DNA of 64,000 nt from Prasinococcaceae sp. CCMP 1430 (lineage: Eukaryota; Plantae; Prasinodermophyta): positions 719,369 through 783,368 of the forward strand of contig RQSC01000015.1 in NCBI GenBank assembly GCA_013416795.1, written 5' to 3'. The notes below the pieces were generated by a model that ran no database searches, was not told the origin of the DNA, and saw only the letters and a list, made by a program, of their open reading frames with translations. Below, piece after piece: positions 54,472-64,000 of the stretch. The first letter of the stretch is position 1. Every line of letters starts with the position of its first letter. A program made the translations under genes and the position numbers.

Positions 54472-55954
54472 GCTTCGCGATGAGCGCCCACTTGCTCTTG
54501 GGCAGCGTCGTCCTCAGGCGGCAGATCCTGCCGTTGCCCACGTCGTTGCCCTCCACGCCGCACACCTTGACCAGGTTCCTCCACTTGTCCTTGAGCTCCT
54601 GCGGCGTGCGCGTCTCAAGCATGTGCGGGTTGCCCTCCTTGATGGCCTTCCAACTGTTGGCGCCGTGGTTCTCCACTCCGTCGATGAGCGCGATCAGCTC
54701 GGCCTCCTCCATGCGCGGCTTGCGAGCGGACTTCGCGCCGTCGGCGGTGCTCTTGGGCTCCTTCTTCTCCTTCTTCTCCGCGGGCTTCTTCTCCTTGGCG
54801 TCGTCGTCGCCCTTCTTCTTCCTCTTGGACTGCTTCTCGTCCTTGCTCTTGATGTTCAGGCTGAGCGTCGGATCCGGCCCCATGCCGTACTGGTCCATCG
54901 GCTTGTCGTCCTCCTCGAGCTTGGTCGACTTAGCGCCCTTCCCCCACTTGAGCGTTTGCTGGCGCGGGTGGATCTTGCCCTTGGAGGCCTCCTGGATGCG
55001 CTTCTTGAGGGTCGCCACGGTGGCGTCCTTGCGGATCTTGATCTGGAACTTCTTGAGCGACTCATCCTCAATCTTGTCGCACTTGATGGTCACGGTGATG
55101 GCCTGGCGCTTGCCCGGGGTGGCGGCCGAGCCCTCTTTCTTGTCCTTCTTGTCCTTCTTCTCCTTGGGCGTGCGCGCCATGCGCACGGGCTTGTTGGCGA
55201 GGTGGGGCGGGAGCGGCGGCACGACCTCTGGGTCGTACTTGTAGGCGTGGCAGAGCTTCTTCTTGAGCCACTTGGCGTTGCCCGAGTTGGTCGTCATGTT
55301 GAAGATGTGCTGGAAGTGCTGGCGCAGCTCCTTGATGTTGCAGTGCAGCGGGTGCGGGAGCTCGTCGGGCGGGGACGGCACGTTCTCCGGGATGAAGATC
55401 TTGACCGGGCGGCCCTGCGGCTTCTTCGGGCCGTCCGAGTCCTTCTTGGGCTTGCGCGGCTTCTTCTCCTTCTTCTCGCCGTCCTTCTTGTCCTTCTTGG
55501 CCGCCGCCTTCTTCTCCTTGGGCTCCTTGGGCTTCTTCTCCTTCTTCTCCTTGGGGGGCTTGTCCGCCTTGGGCTTCTTCATCGGGCGCTTGGACGGGTC
55601 GCCTTTGACCGCGATGCCGGCAGCCTCGTACGCCTTCTTGAGCTTGTTGCGCATCCACTCGGCGTTCGACGAGGTGGGCGCCTTCTTGAACACGTGCTCG
55701 AAGTGCTTCTTCAGGTCGGGCATGCCGGCCTCGAGCAGCGGGACGAAGTCCATCGGCGGCTCCTCGATGGTCTCGGGGGCCTTGATCTTCTCGGGGCGAC
55801 CGCCCTTGGACACCGGGGTGTTGGGGTCCTTGATCTTCTTGGCCTTCTTCGGCTTGTCCTTCTTGACCTTCTTCTCCGGCTTGGCCGCGGTCGTCGCGGT
55901 CGACTTCTGCGGCGAGTCGACCGTCGCGGCGATCTTGGCCTTCTTCACCACCAT
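54431..55954 (-). CDS. TRFL-type telomere-repeat-binding protein (two helical repeats, ubiquitin-like domain, telobox Myb)
   Basis: Myb with LKDKWRNL. Ubl ATVATLKKRI…QQTL…LEEDDKPMDQYGM. Two HF.H.F….S.NA.W…KL repeats. Confidence 0.85.
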   Translation of the reverse strand: MVVKKAKIAATVDSPQKSTATTAAKPEKKVKKDKPKKAKKIKDPNTPVSKGGRPEKIKAPETIEEPPMDFVPLLEAGMPDLKKHFEHVFKKAPTSSNAEWMRNKLKKAYEAAGIAVKGDPSKRPMKKPKADKPPKEKKEKKPKEPKEKKAAAKKDKKDGEKKEKKPRKPKKDSDGPKKPQGRPVKIFIPENVPSPPDELPHPLHCNIKELRQHFQHIFNMTTNSGNAKWLKKKLCHAYKYDPEVVPPLPPHLANKPVRMARTPKEKKDKKDKKEGSAATPGKRQAITVTIKCDKIEDESLKKFQIKIRKDATVATLKKRIQEASKGKIHPRQQTLKWGKGAKSTKLEEDDKPMDQYGMGPDPTLSLNIKSKDEKQSKRKKKGDDDAKEKKPAEKKEKKEPKSTADGAKSARKPRMEEAELIALIDGVENHGANSWKAIKEGNPHMLETRTPQELKDKWRNLVKVCGVEGNDVGNGRICRLRTTLPKSKWALIAKLSDDPPPKKASRA

Positions 55955-56390
55955 GGCTGCTGGTGGGGTGCGGCTGGTAGGCTGCGAGCGGCGGCGGGGG
56001 CCGTCGGTGTCAGCGACGCTGCATGTGTTGCCGCGAGGAACGACTTTGAGGCGTGAAGGGGGCGTGGGAGGGGGGCGGCTGGCGCGCCCGCCCGCCGCGC
56101 GGCCCCGACGCGCGGTACGGCGGTCCGNNNNNNNNNNNNNNNNNNNNNCATGGTCCGCTCCTCGCCTCCCATACCCCTGCACCGCCCCCCCACCACGCAC
56201 CTCTTCGTCTGCGCGCGGAGTGCCACCCCCCGCGCCGCCCCGCAGCGCGGCAGCGCCGCGCGCCCCTTCCCCTCCTTCCCCCCCCTCCCCGCGTCGTTTC
56301 ATCAGCGCCGCGCCCGCCGTGGTCTGCGCGCGCGCGCGGACCCTCGGAGGGAGTGATGGGCGAACGCATGCGCGCGGGGTTGGGGTGCGC

Positions 56391-56422
56391 CTAGGGTTTC
56401 GCGCCGCGCGCGCCAACCCTAG
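56391..56422. promoter_or_regulatory. Inverted pair of telo-boxes (CTAGGGTT-N16-AACCCTAG) upstream of the TRFL gene
   Basis: Direct reading; function inferred. Confidence 0.45.
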
Positions 56423-57023
56423 CGAGCGAGGGGGGCGGGCGGGGGCGAGCGGGGGAGCGAGCCGGCATCCGAACGCGCGCTTGCTTGCTTTTTGTTGGCT
56501 TTTTGGCTGGCGCCGCCCACCCCGCGCGCGCGCGTTTGCGTTTGGTTTTGGGGGTGGAAAGGATTCGAAGCGGCGGTGCGTTTTGACCTCCCTTTTTGGT
56601 GTGTCGGTCGGTCGGACAGGCGGCGGGCGGGGCGCGCGTGTTTGGGCCGACCGACCGACGCTTTTGGGGTCGGGTCGGGCCGCGCGCGAGCGTACGTACG
56701 CCCGCAGCACACCAACACCAACAGGCAAACACAAACACAAAAACGCCAACGAAACTTCAGCACTGCGACGCGAGGCGGAGGGGCGCGCCCGCCCGCGCCC
56801 CACCGGCCGGGGTTGGGGTGTTGACGCCGCGCTCCATTCCGCATGCGTTTTGACCTCGCGTCTCTCGCCGGCGTGCTCGTCTCGCCTCGCCTCGCGCGCG
56901 CGCTTCTGTCCAGCTCGCTGGCTGGGTGTGCGCGTGGGTGGGTGGGCCGTCTGCCTGTCTGCGGCGGAAGAAATTCAAACGAAACGCGGCCCGGCCGGGG
57001 GGCGGCCGGGCGAGAGCCGGACC

Positions 57024-57055
<32 letters not shown>

Positions 57056-57057
57056 TC
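57024..57057. repeat. (GGGGTC)n G-rich repeat, G-quadruplex potential
   Basis: About six G-runs of 3-4. Confidence 0.8.
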
Positions 57058-57940
57058 GCCGTTTGTTTGGTGGTGTTGGTTGGGGTGGCGTGGGTGGGGC
57101 AGCCCCGCGGCGGGAGCGGGCGGGGGCATGGGCAGGGGCTGGGGCTGGGGCAGGGGCAGAGGCGGGGGTCGGAGGGTCGACGGTCTCGTCGGTCGGTCGG
57201 TTTTGCTTTTTGCGCCCGTCGTTCCTGCGCATTCGCTTTGACCTTCGTTGCATTTCGGGGCCCCGAAGTGTCTGCCCCTGCTGCGGGCGAGGGATGAGGT
57301 CGGGTTTCGCTCGCGCGCGCGCGCGCGTTCGCCTGCGATGCGAGCAAGCGGCTTTCGCCCGCCGCGCGCGCCCCGGGTTCGTTTTGGGGTACGGCCCTGG
57401 CGGGGCGGCGGGCGCCCGCGCGCGCGCGCGCAGGGGCGGATTTTTGAATTTTGAAAACGGCGGGGACGCCGCGGCCGGCGCGCGCCCCCCCAACAGTCGC
57501 CCGCGAGGGGGGGCGCCCTCTTCTCGCGCGCGTTTATTACGGGGCAGCATTTTCACGGCCATTTTTGGGGGCAGAAATCCACCGGAAAAAGCATCGAAGA
57601 AAAAGCGGCGCGAGGGAGGTCCCCCCACCCAGCCACCCACCCCGCCCGCCACGGCGGACGGGGCGGCGCAGCGGAGGGAAGGGCCGCGCGCCCCGTGCCG
57701 GCGTCGATCGATCGGTCGGTCGGCGAGAAAGAGGGCGGGGGTGGGAGGGGAGGGCGAGAGGGGCACTCGATCGAGCCAGGGCGCGCGCGCCACCTCCAGT
57801 TGAGAACCTCCGGCGCAGAGGCATCGCCGGCGCTCGCGCGCGTCGGTCACCGAACGTCTCCGCGACTCGCTCATTAGTAGTGTGTGTGTGTGTACAGAAC
57901 CATCCGAAGGATGGCATCGCCCAGAGCGAGCGAGGGAGCG

Positions 57941-60900
57941 CTACCGCGCCTCGAAGTCGGCGTCGCTGTCGCCGTCGCTCTCGGAGGACGTGTCCCCGCC
58001 CATGGCCTCGTCGTACTCATCGTCGTCTGAGTCGTCATCGGCGGGCGGCGGCGGCGCGCGCGCGGACACGCGCCGCCGCGCGGTGTGGTGGGCGCGGAGC
58101 GCGCCGCGCGTGGCACGGCCGGCGCGTCCGCCGCCGAGGCGTTCGCCGGGTGCGCCGCACCGCCTGCGGCCTGTTCCGGCCCGGACGACGGCCCGAGCGC
58201 AGCCATGTCGACGCTGACCGTGTCAATGACGCCCTCGACCTCGGGCGCGTCACACCCGACCGCCGCCATGGCGGGCACAGGAGACATGCTGCAATACCAG
58301 GGCTTGTCGCTGTCGATGACCGTGCCCGCCGGAAGCATGCGCCAGCGGTCGCACTTGTCGCAGCACGCGTGGACGTCCACGGGAGGCGCAGCGGCCGCTG
58401 CCGATGCGGCGGCGGCAGCATCGCCGCGCGGGTCGGCCTTGGCCACCTTCGGCGGGCGGCCGCGCCCCGCAGCGGGAGCGCCACCCGCGGCGGTGGCGAC
58501 CTTGGCACTGCCCTTCGGGCGCCCGCGCTTCTTGCCCGCGGGCGGCAGCGGCGGCTTTCCAGCGCTGGCGCCGACGTCCGTCGCACCGCGCTGGCCCAAG
58601 AACTTGCCGCGCGAGCGCCTCTTGCCTGCTCTGGAGTTCTTGATCACTGCGAGGCTAGCCTCCAGCTCGGCGTCGTCCAGCAGAAGCCCCACCACCTCCT
58701 CTGCCTCGAGGTTGTCCGCCGCGCCCATGGCACCGCCCTCCTGCATGACGAGCTTCTGCACGGTCTTCTTCTGCTCGGCGCGTCGCAAGATCTTCTCCTC
58801 GACGGTGTTGCCGCAGATGAGGCGGTAGACGGTGACCTCCCGGGTCTGGCCGAGGCGGTGCGCGCGGTCCATCGCTGCGGTCGCGCGCGGTGTCGCAGTC
58901 AGCAACGCGCCCGCACCCAACGCACACATGGAGCCACCGCCCCGCACGACAAGCGAAAGCACCGAGCGCGAGAGCGCGCGCCTCACCTTGAAGATCCATC
59001 GTGGGGTTCCAGTCAGACTCGTAGAAGATGACGGTGTCCGCGGCCGTCAGATTAATGCCCAGGCCGCCGGCGCGCGTGCTCAGGATGAAGCAAAACACCT
59101 CGTTCGAGCGCTGAAACCTCGCCACCATCTCGCGGCGCTCGCTCACTGAGTTGGAGCCGTCCAGGCGCATGTAGGTGTACCCGCGAAAAGTCATGTAGTC
59201 CTCGAGGATGTCGATCATTTTGGTCATCTGGGCAAAGATGAGCACGCGGTGGCCCTCCTCCGAGAAAAAGAGCCTGCGCATCAGCACGTCGAGCGCCTGG
59301 AGCTTCGCGCTCTCAGCCAGCAGCGCCGCCGCGTTCAGCAGCTTCACTGGCATCGAGGGGCCCCGCACGCGCGACCACAGCGAGCTCGCGAGGCCCGCCG
59401 AGTCACCGCAGCCTGCTGGCTCAATTCCAAGCGCGCCGCCGGCATCGATGGCACTCGCGAGCCTCGCAGGCAGCTGCGGCGGCGGGGGTGAGGGGGTGCC
59501 CGCGGCCGCGGCTCGGGCGCCCCACCCCGCCAGCGCGCGCAGCGTCCACGGGTGGTGCGAGCGCGCAGCCGTGGCATGCGCGAAAGAGCGGTCCGAACAC
59601 ACGAGCGCGGGCGGGGGGGCGGCGGCCCTCGGAATGAGGTCAAAGGTGCGTCGAACAGTGCCGGCCATCGCGTGGAGCCGGTCCTCGCGACTCATGACCA
59701 GCGGAGGCAGGAAGGTGCCGTCGGGGCCCTCAGCGCCCGCCTCCAACAACAGTGGCACCCGCTCTTCGGGCGCCGGAGCGGCCAACGAGAGCGAGAGCGA
59801 GCGCAACAGGCTGCCGCCATGCCCGACGTCGCAGTCGAGGAGCCGCGCGGCGCACGCTGTGGCCCTCTGCGGGCGCTGCACGGCGGCGGCGTACATCCAG
59901 CGCGTCACGGCATCGCAGCCGGTGGCGAGCTGCGCGACCTCGCCAGGGGAGAGGCCCTCGCCAAGCGCTGCACTGAAAGCGCTGCCCACACCGCCCTGTC
60001 GCACGGTCGCGTGAATGTGCTCGGCGTCGAAGATGGTCAGCGCGACGCGCGACCGCGCACCGAGCAGAGAAAAGGCCGCCCTGTCGGTCTCTCCGCGACC
60101 CCAAGCGTTGTCCTCGAGCAGTTCCCTCCACAGCAGCTTGGGCACCGACTGGCTCACCAGCGGCCGACACCCGCCCGCGGCGACCGCGTCCATCTCGCCG
60201 AAGGGAGCCGGCGGGTACTCGGGCGGGCGCTCGCCGAAATGCAGCGCCGAAACCTCCTCGCAGCGCTCAAACAGCTCCGGGTGGTTGCAAACCTTCCGGA
60301 GCTGCATGACAACGTTCATGAGGTTGAGCGCCTTCTTTTCGTTGAAGCTGCCCCCGCCCTCGCCTTGGCCGAGGATCTCCTTGAGGCTGATCTTGTTGCG
60401 CACCTTGTTGTACATGAGCGACTGCTTGCTGGTGAGGTGGCATGGCACCATCACCTCGGTCTTCTTTGCCATCTCCGACACCACGTCGAGCTTGATGCGC
60501 CGCAACATGAACGGCGAGATGATCTGGTGGAGGCGGCGCAGCTGGTGCTCGTTGAGCTCCGCGGAACCCTGTGCAGCCCCCTCGATGCCTCCAGAGAACC
60601 ACTCCTGGAACTGCTCGTGAGAATCGAAGAGCGTGGGCATGATGAAGTGCAGGAGCGCCCAGAGCTCAGCCATATTATTCTGTATGGGCGTGCCGGTCAG
60701 CAGCAGACGGTTCCTGCACTTGAACGAGAGCAGCGTCTGCCAGCGCGCTGACGACGAGCTTTTGATGGCTTGCGCCTCATCCAGCACCATGTACTGCCAC
60801 TTGACGCGCTTGAAGGAAGGCTCGTCGCGCACCACCAGGTCGTAGCTCGTGATGACCACGTGAAAGTCCGAGTCGCGTTTGAACAGCTTCTTGTTGTCAA

Positions 60901-63391
60901 GGCTCCGCCGCAAGATCTGCCGGTCGCCCTGCGAGCCCCAGTACGGCAGCGCGCGGAAGGGTGTGAATCGGGAGACCTCGTCCGCCCAGTTGGGCAGCGT
61001 CGACGTCGGCGACACGATGAGGAAGGGGCCCCAAATGCCCTTTGCCTCGGCCAGATGCAATAGGAATGCCAGGGCCTGCACTGTCTTCCCGAGGCCCATC
61101 TCGTCCGCGAGGATGCCGTTGATGCCCTGTTCGTACGAGTTGGCGAGCCATCGCAACCCCTTGAGCTGATACTCCTTGAGGGTCGCGCCAAAGGAGGCGG
61201 GCTGCTTGACATCCAGGGGCGTGGGCTGTGCCTCCTGCAGACCCTGCCTCGACGCGTCGGCTACAACCGTCCCATCGCGTGGACGCTTGCCATTGCTGCC
61301 ACGGTCTCTCTCGCCGCGCAGCTTGCCAGCCTCGGCGTCGTACTGCGCCGTGCGCTCCCTGGCCTCGTCTGCGGCGGCGCGGGCCTTGGCCTGGGCCTCG
61401 GCGAGAGCCTCGGCGCCGCCGACGTCATCATCCGCGACATCGCCGTCGGATCCGTCCGTCGCAGTTGATCCATCGCCTACCTTCGCACCGGCCTGCGCGA
61501 CGTTCGCACCGGAGCCCTTCATGAAGTGCGAGTACAGCTCTGTCTGCGTGAGCAGGAAGTTGAGCCGTTGTTGCTGTCGTTTTGCCTCGCGCATCTCCTC
61601 TTCGATCAGCCGCTGCTCTTGCTCCTCGCGTTCGCGCTGGCGCGCAGCCTCGGCCTTCTCCTTGGCCACCTTGCGCTGGAGGGCGATGGCGTCGCGCATC
61701 AGGCGGCGGCAACGCGACCCGGCCTTGCTGGCATACATCGCGTTGCGCTTCATCGAGTCACGCACGCGCTGTGCGCAGGCCGCTGCCACCTTCGCTGCCT
61801 CGAGGTTGCGGCGCCGCGAGTGCATGCCGAGCTGGCGCGCGGCGCGAGGCACGTCGCGGCGCACCAGAAGCGACCACTGGCGCTTCCGCCCCAGCGCTGC
61901 TCGCCGCTCCGCCAGCTCCTCGGCGCTGAGGGGCGCCTCGCCGGGCGCCAGCTCCACACCGACTTGCTTGGCCTCAAGGGCGGCAAGCCGCGCGAGCTTC
62001 CTCTCCTCGGCCGCGAGCTGCGCGGCAAGCTTCCTCTCCTCAGCCTGAAGCTTCCTCTCCTCAGCGGCGAGCATGGCTTCTAGTCGCCTCTCCTCGAGAA
62101 TCATCTGTCTCGCCTCCTTGTCCGCGAGCCTCAGCTCCTGCTTGAGCTCGCTCGCGCGCGCCCGCTCGAGCTCCCGCTGCAGGGCGGCCTCCTGCCGCGC
62201 CGCGGCGTGCGCGCGGACGTTCGCGCGGCCCTGCAGCACCGGCGCCGCGTCCATTGCGGCCTGGCGAGCTTTGTGCACCTCGGAGGCGCGCACAGTGGGA
62301 TCCATTGGGTCGAGCTGCTGGATCAGCTGTTGGTCGAGGGTCATCCTCAGCGGCATCTCGAGTGCGTGGCTGTACGCGGCTCCGCCGTCGGCCTGCAGCT
62401 CCCGCAGGCGACGCGTGCTCACGCGCCCACTGAGAACACGCGCGCTCGCCGCGACGTCCTCAAGCGCGGGGAGCCGCAACCTGGGGCGGGCTGTCACGAG
62501 CTCGTCGTAGAACGGCGGTATCGGCAGCTCGAGGCCCGGCATGAGGCGCAGCGTGCCATTGCCCGCGGGCGCGGCGGCAGCGACGTCGACTTCGACGGGC
62601 CGGTCCTGCCACCGCCGCGGCCTGCTCGAGGGGTCGCATCGCTCGCGCCGCTCCACCTCGACCTGCCGTAGCACGAAGCGCGCTGCGCGATACTCTTCGG
62701 CCTTGACCGCAGCGGGGACCCCCAGGTTGGCGCTCGGAAATGTGGCGGGCGTCTCGAGCGTCACCGGCCACGCGTCCGACTTGTACTGCGGGCGCTCGCG
62801 CCGCGGCGACCCGAGCACGTCCGCGCCGCCGGTCTCGGATGCGCGCTCCGCCAGCAGCGCCGCGTACCGCTCCATAGTCATCGGTTCCGCCCCACTCCCT
62901 CCGCTGCCGCTTCCGCCGCCGCTGCCCTCCTCATCGCTGCTGCAGTAGCCATTGGCGGGCGTCCTCGGCGGGCTCACGGCAGCGGGCGCCGCCGCCACTC
63001 CCACCGCCGAGGCGTCGCCGATCGCCCCCTTCGCGTGCCGCGTTGGCGGCGCGCGCCGAGCCGCTCGCCCCGGCGCTGCGCCGCGCCTCCTCTGCCCCGC
63101 GCCGAGCTGCGCGCCGCCTCCATCACCGCCGCTCCTCTGATCGCCGCTGTCTTTGTTGACTGGACCTACAAAGCAGTCAAGCGATGCAACCGCGAGGAGA
63201 GTATGCGAAACGTGCCGCTCCTNGGGGGCGGTGAAGGGCGCGCGCCGGTGGGTGGGAGGGGGGCGCTGTGCGGCGCGCGGATCGGTGCGCCATCCCACAT
63301 CCCATCCCGTCGCCGCACATACGGCGCGCGCACATGCATGGGCACCATCATACAGTACTGCTGCTGCTCTCTGGCCCACCGATGCCCCCAT
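57941..63391 (-). CDS. INO80: INO80 chromatin-remodelling ATPase with C-terminal AT-hooks and CW zinc finger (intron 58875-58986; both ends uncertain)
   Basis: DBINO EAKRQQQRLNFLLTQTELYSHFM, GILADEMGLGKT, LDEAQAIKSSSS.RW, split ATPase, and spliced DLQAMDRAHRLGQ. Confidence 0.95.
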
Positions 63392-63894
63392 GTGCGCGGA
63401 GGCGGTGCGGTGCGGCGCGCGCGACGAAACGCGCGGATACCCTACGTCAAATCCACCCCAATCCCGAAGCATCGCGCGGGGCTCCCGGCCGTAACCGCAA
63501 CCCTCCGCCCGCCTCCCGCCGGGGCGCGGGCGCGCGCGGAGCGCGCGAAATCCAAAAGCGGGAAATCCGCGCGCCTTCGGGCCGCAATCAGAAACCGCGG
63601 AAGCGCCGGCCCGGTTCGCGGTTCCGCGGTTCGAAGCGTTGCTTCGCTTGGCGCCCCCCCCCTTTTTTGACCGGGTTTCGCGCGCGGCGCGCCGACGCCG
63701 CGCGGTCCGGCCCCGGGGGGCGCCACAGGCGCGCGACGGGTGCGGCCCCACCCACCGAGCGACCGACCGGCCGACCGACCCGAGACCGACCTCGACCTTC
63801 TCTCCACCCTTGCGGCGGCGCAGAGAGGGAGGGGGAAGGAAGGGGAGGGGGGATCTTGAGCCTCCCTCACGCGGGGCGCGGCCGGGGGCGAGCG

Positions 63895-64000
63895 ATGGAG
63901 CGCCCGAGTACGCCCTCGCGCTCCTCGGGAGTCGCCGCGTCCGGCATGGCGCTGCAGGGCGGCGCGGTCGCCGCGCCGCCGCGACCGATGACGCCAGGCT
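63895..64000 (+). CDS. Possible 5' start of a gene leaving the window (MERPSTPSR…)
   Basis: ATG with an open frame to the window end, divergent from INO80. Confidence 0.3.
   Translation, partial: MERPSTPSRSSGVAASGMALQGGAVAAPPRPMTPG

Noticed and set aside
18035-56148. ORFs spanning N runs (18035-18243, 19366-19903, 28549-28777, 43803-44002, 56128-56148), e.g. apparent DUF3172 or bromodomain extensions
   Set aside because: Frames across assembly gaps are meaningless.
1-64000. Introner-like repeated introns or transposons
   Set aside because: The introns I delimited share only splice signals; no transposase, RT or terminal repeats recognised.

Overview
Very GC-rich, gene-dense nuclear DNA of a green alga. 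Evidence: short GT-AG introns with CTGAC branch points, TGTAA polyadenylation signals, Arabidopsis-type CCCTAAA repeats, and LHC and ChlD genes. The style suggests a prasinophyte-grade alga, but I cannot name the species. About 28 protein genes are supported, among them a lysyl-endopeptidase-like protease, SEC14, PP7, NDUFS5, GOS1, an Lhca, ChlD, ATG3, GluRS, RidA, Dbp5, threonine dehydratase, MRG15, a TRFL telomere-repeat-binding protein and INO80. There are several assembly gaps, and I recognised no RNA genes, transposases or CRISPR arrays. Top candidate: a ~1440-aa protein joining two Tudor domains and a SUVH4/KYP-type SRA methyl-DNA reader (no SET domain) to a DDT-WHIM ISWI-partner module, within a run of chromatin genes and with a 1621-bp tandem duplication of its 3' third. 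Other highlights: a divergent histone-H3-like protein; a (CCCTAAA)8/(GGGATTT)7 interstitial array; an Lhca lacking two helix-A chlorophyll ligands; a REF/LDAP-like lipid-droplet protein; INO80 with a CW finger; and an out-of-frame bromodomain/threonine dehydratase junction. All domain calls come from motif recognition by eye, not database searches.
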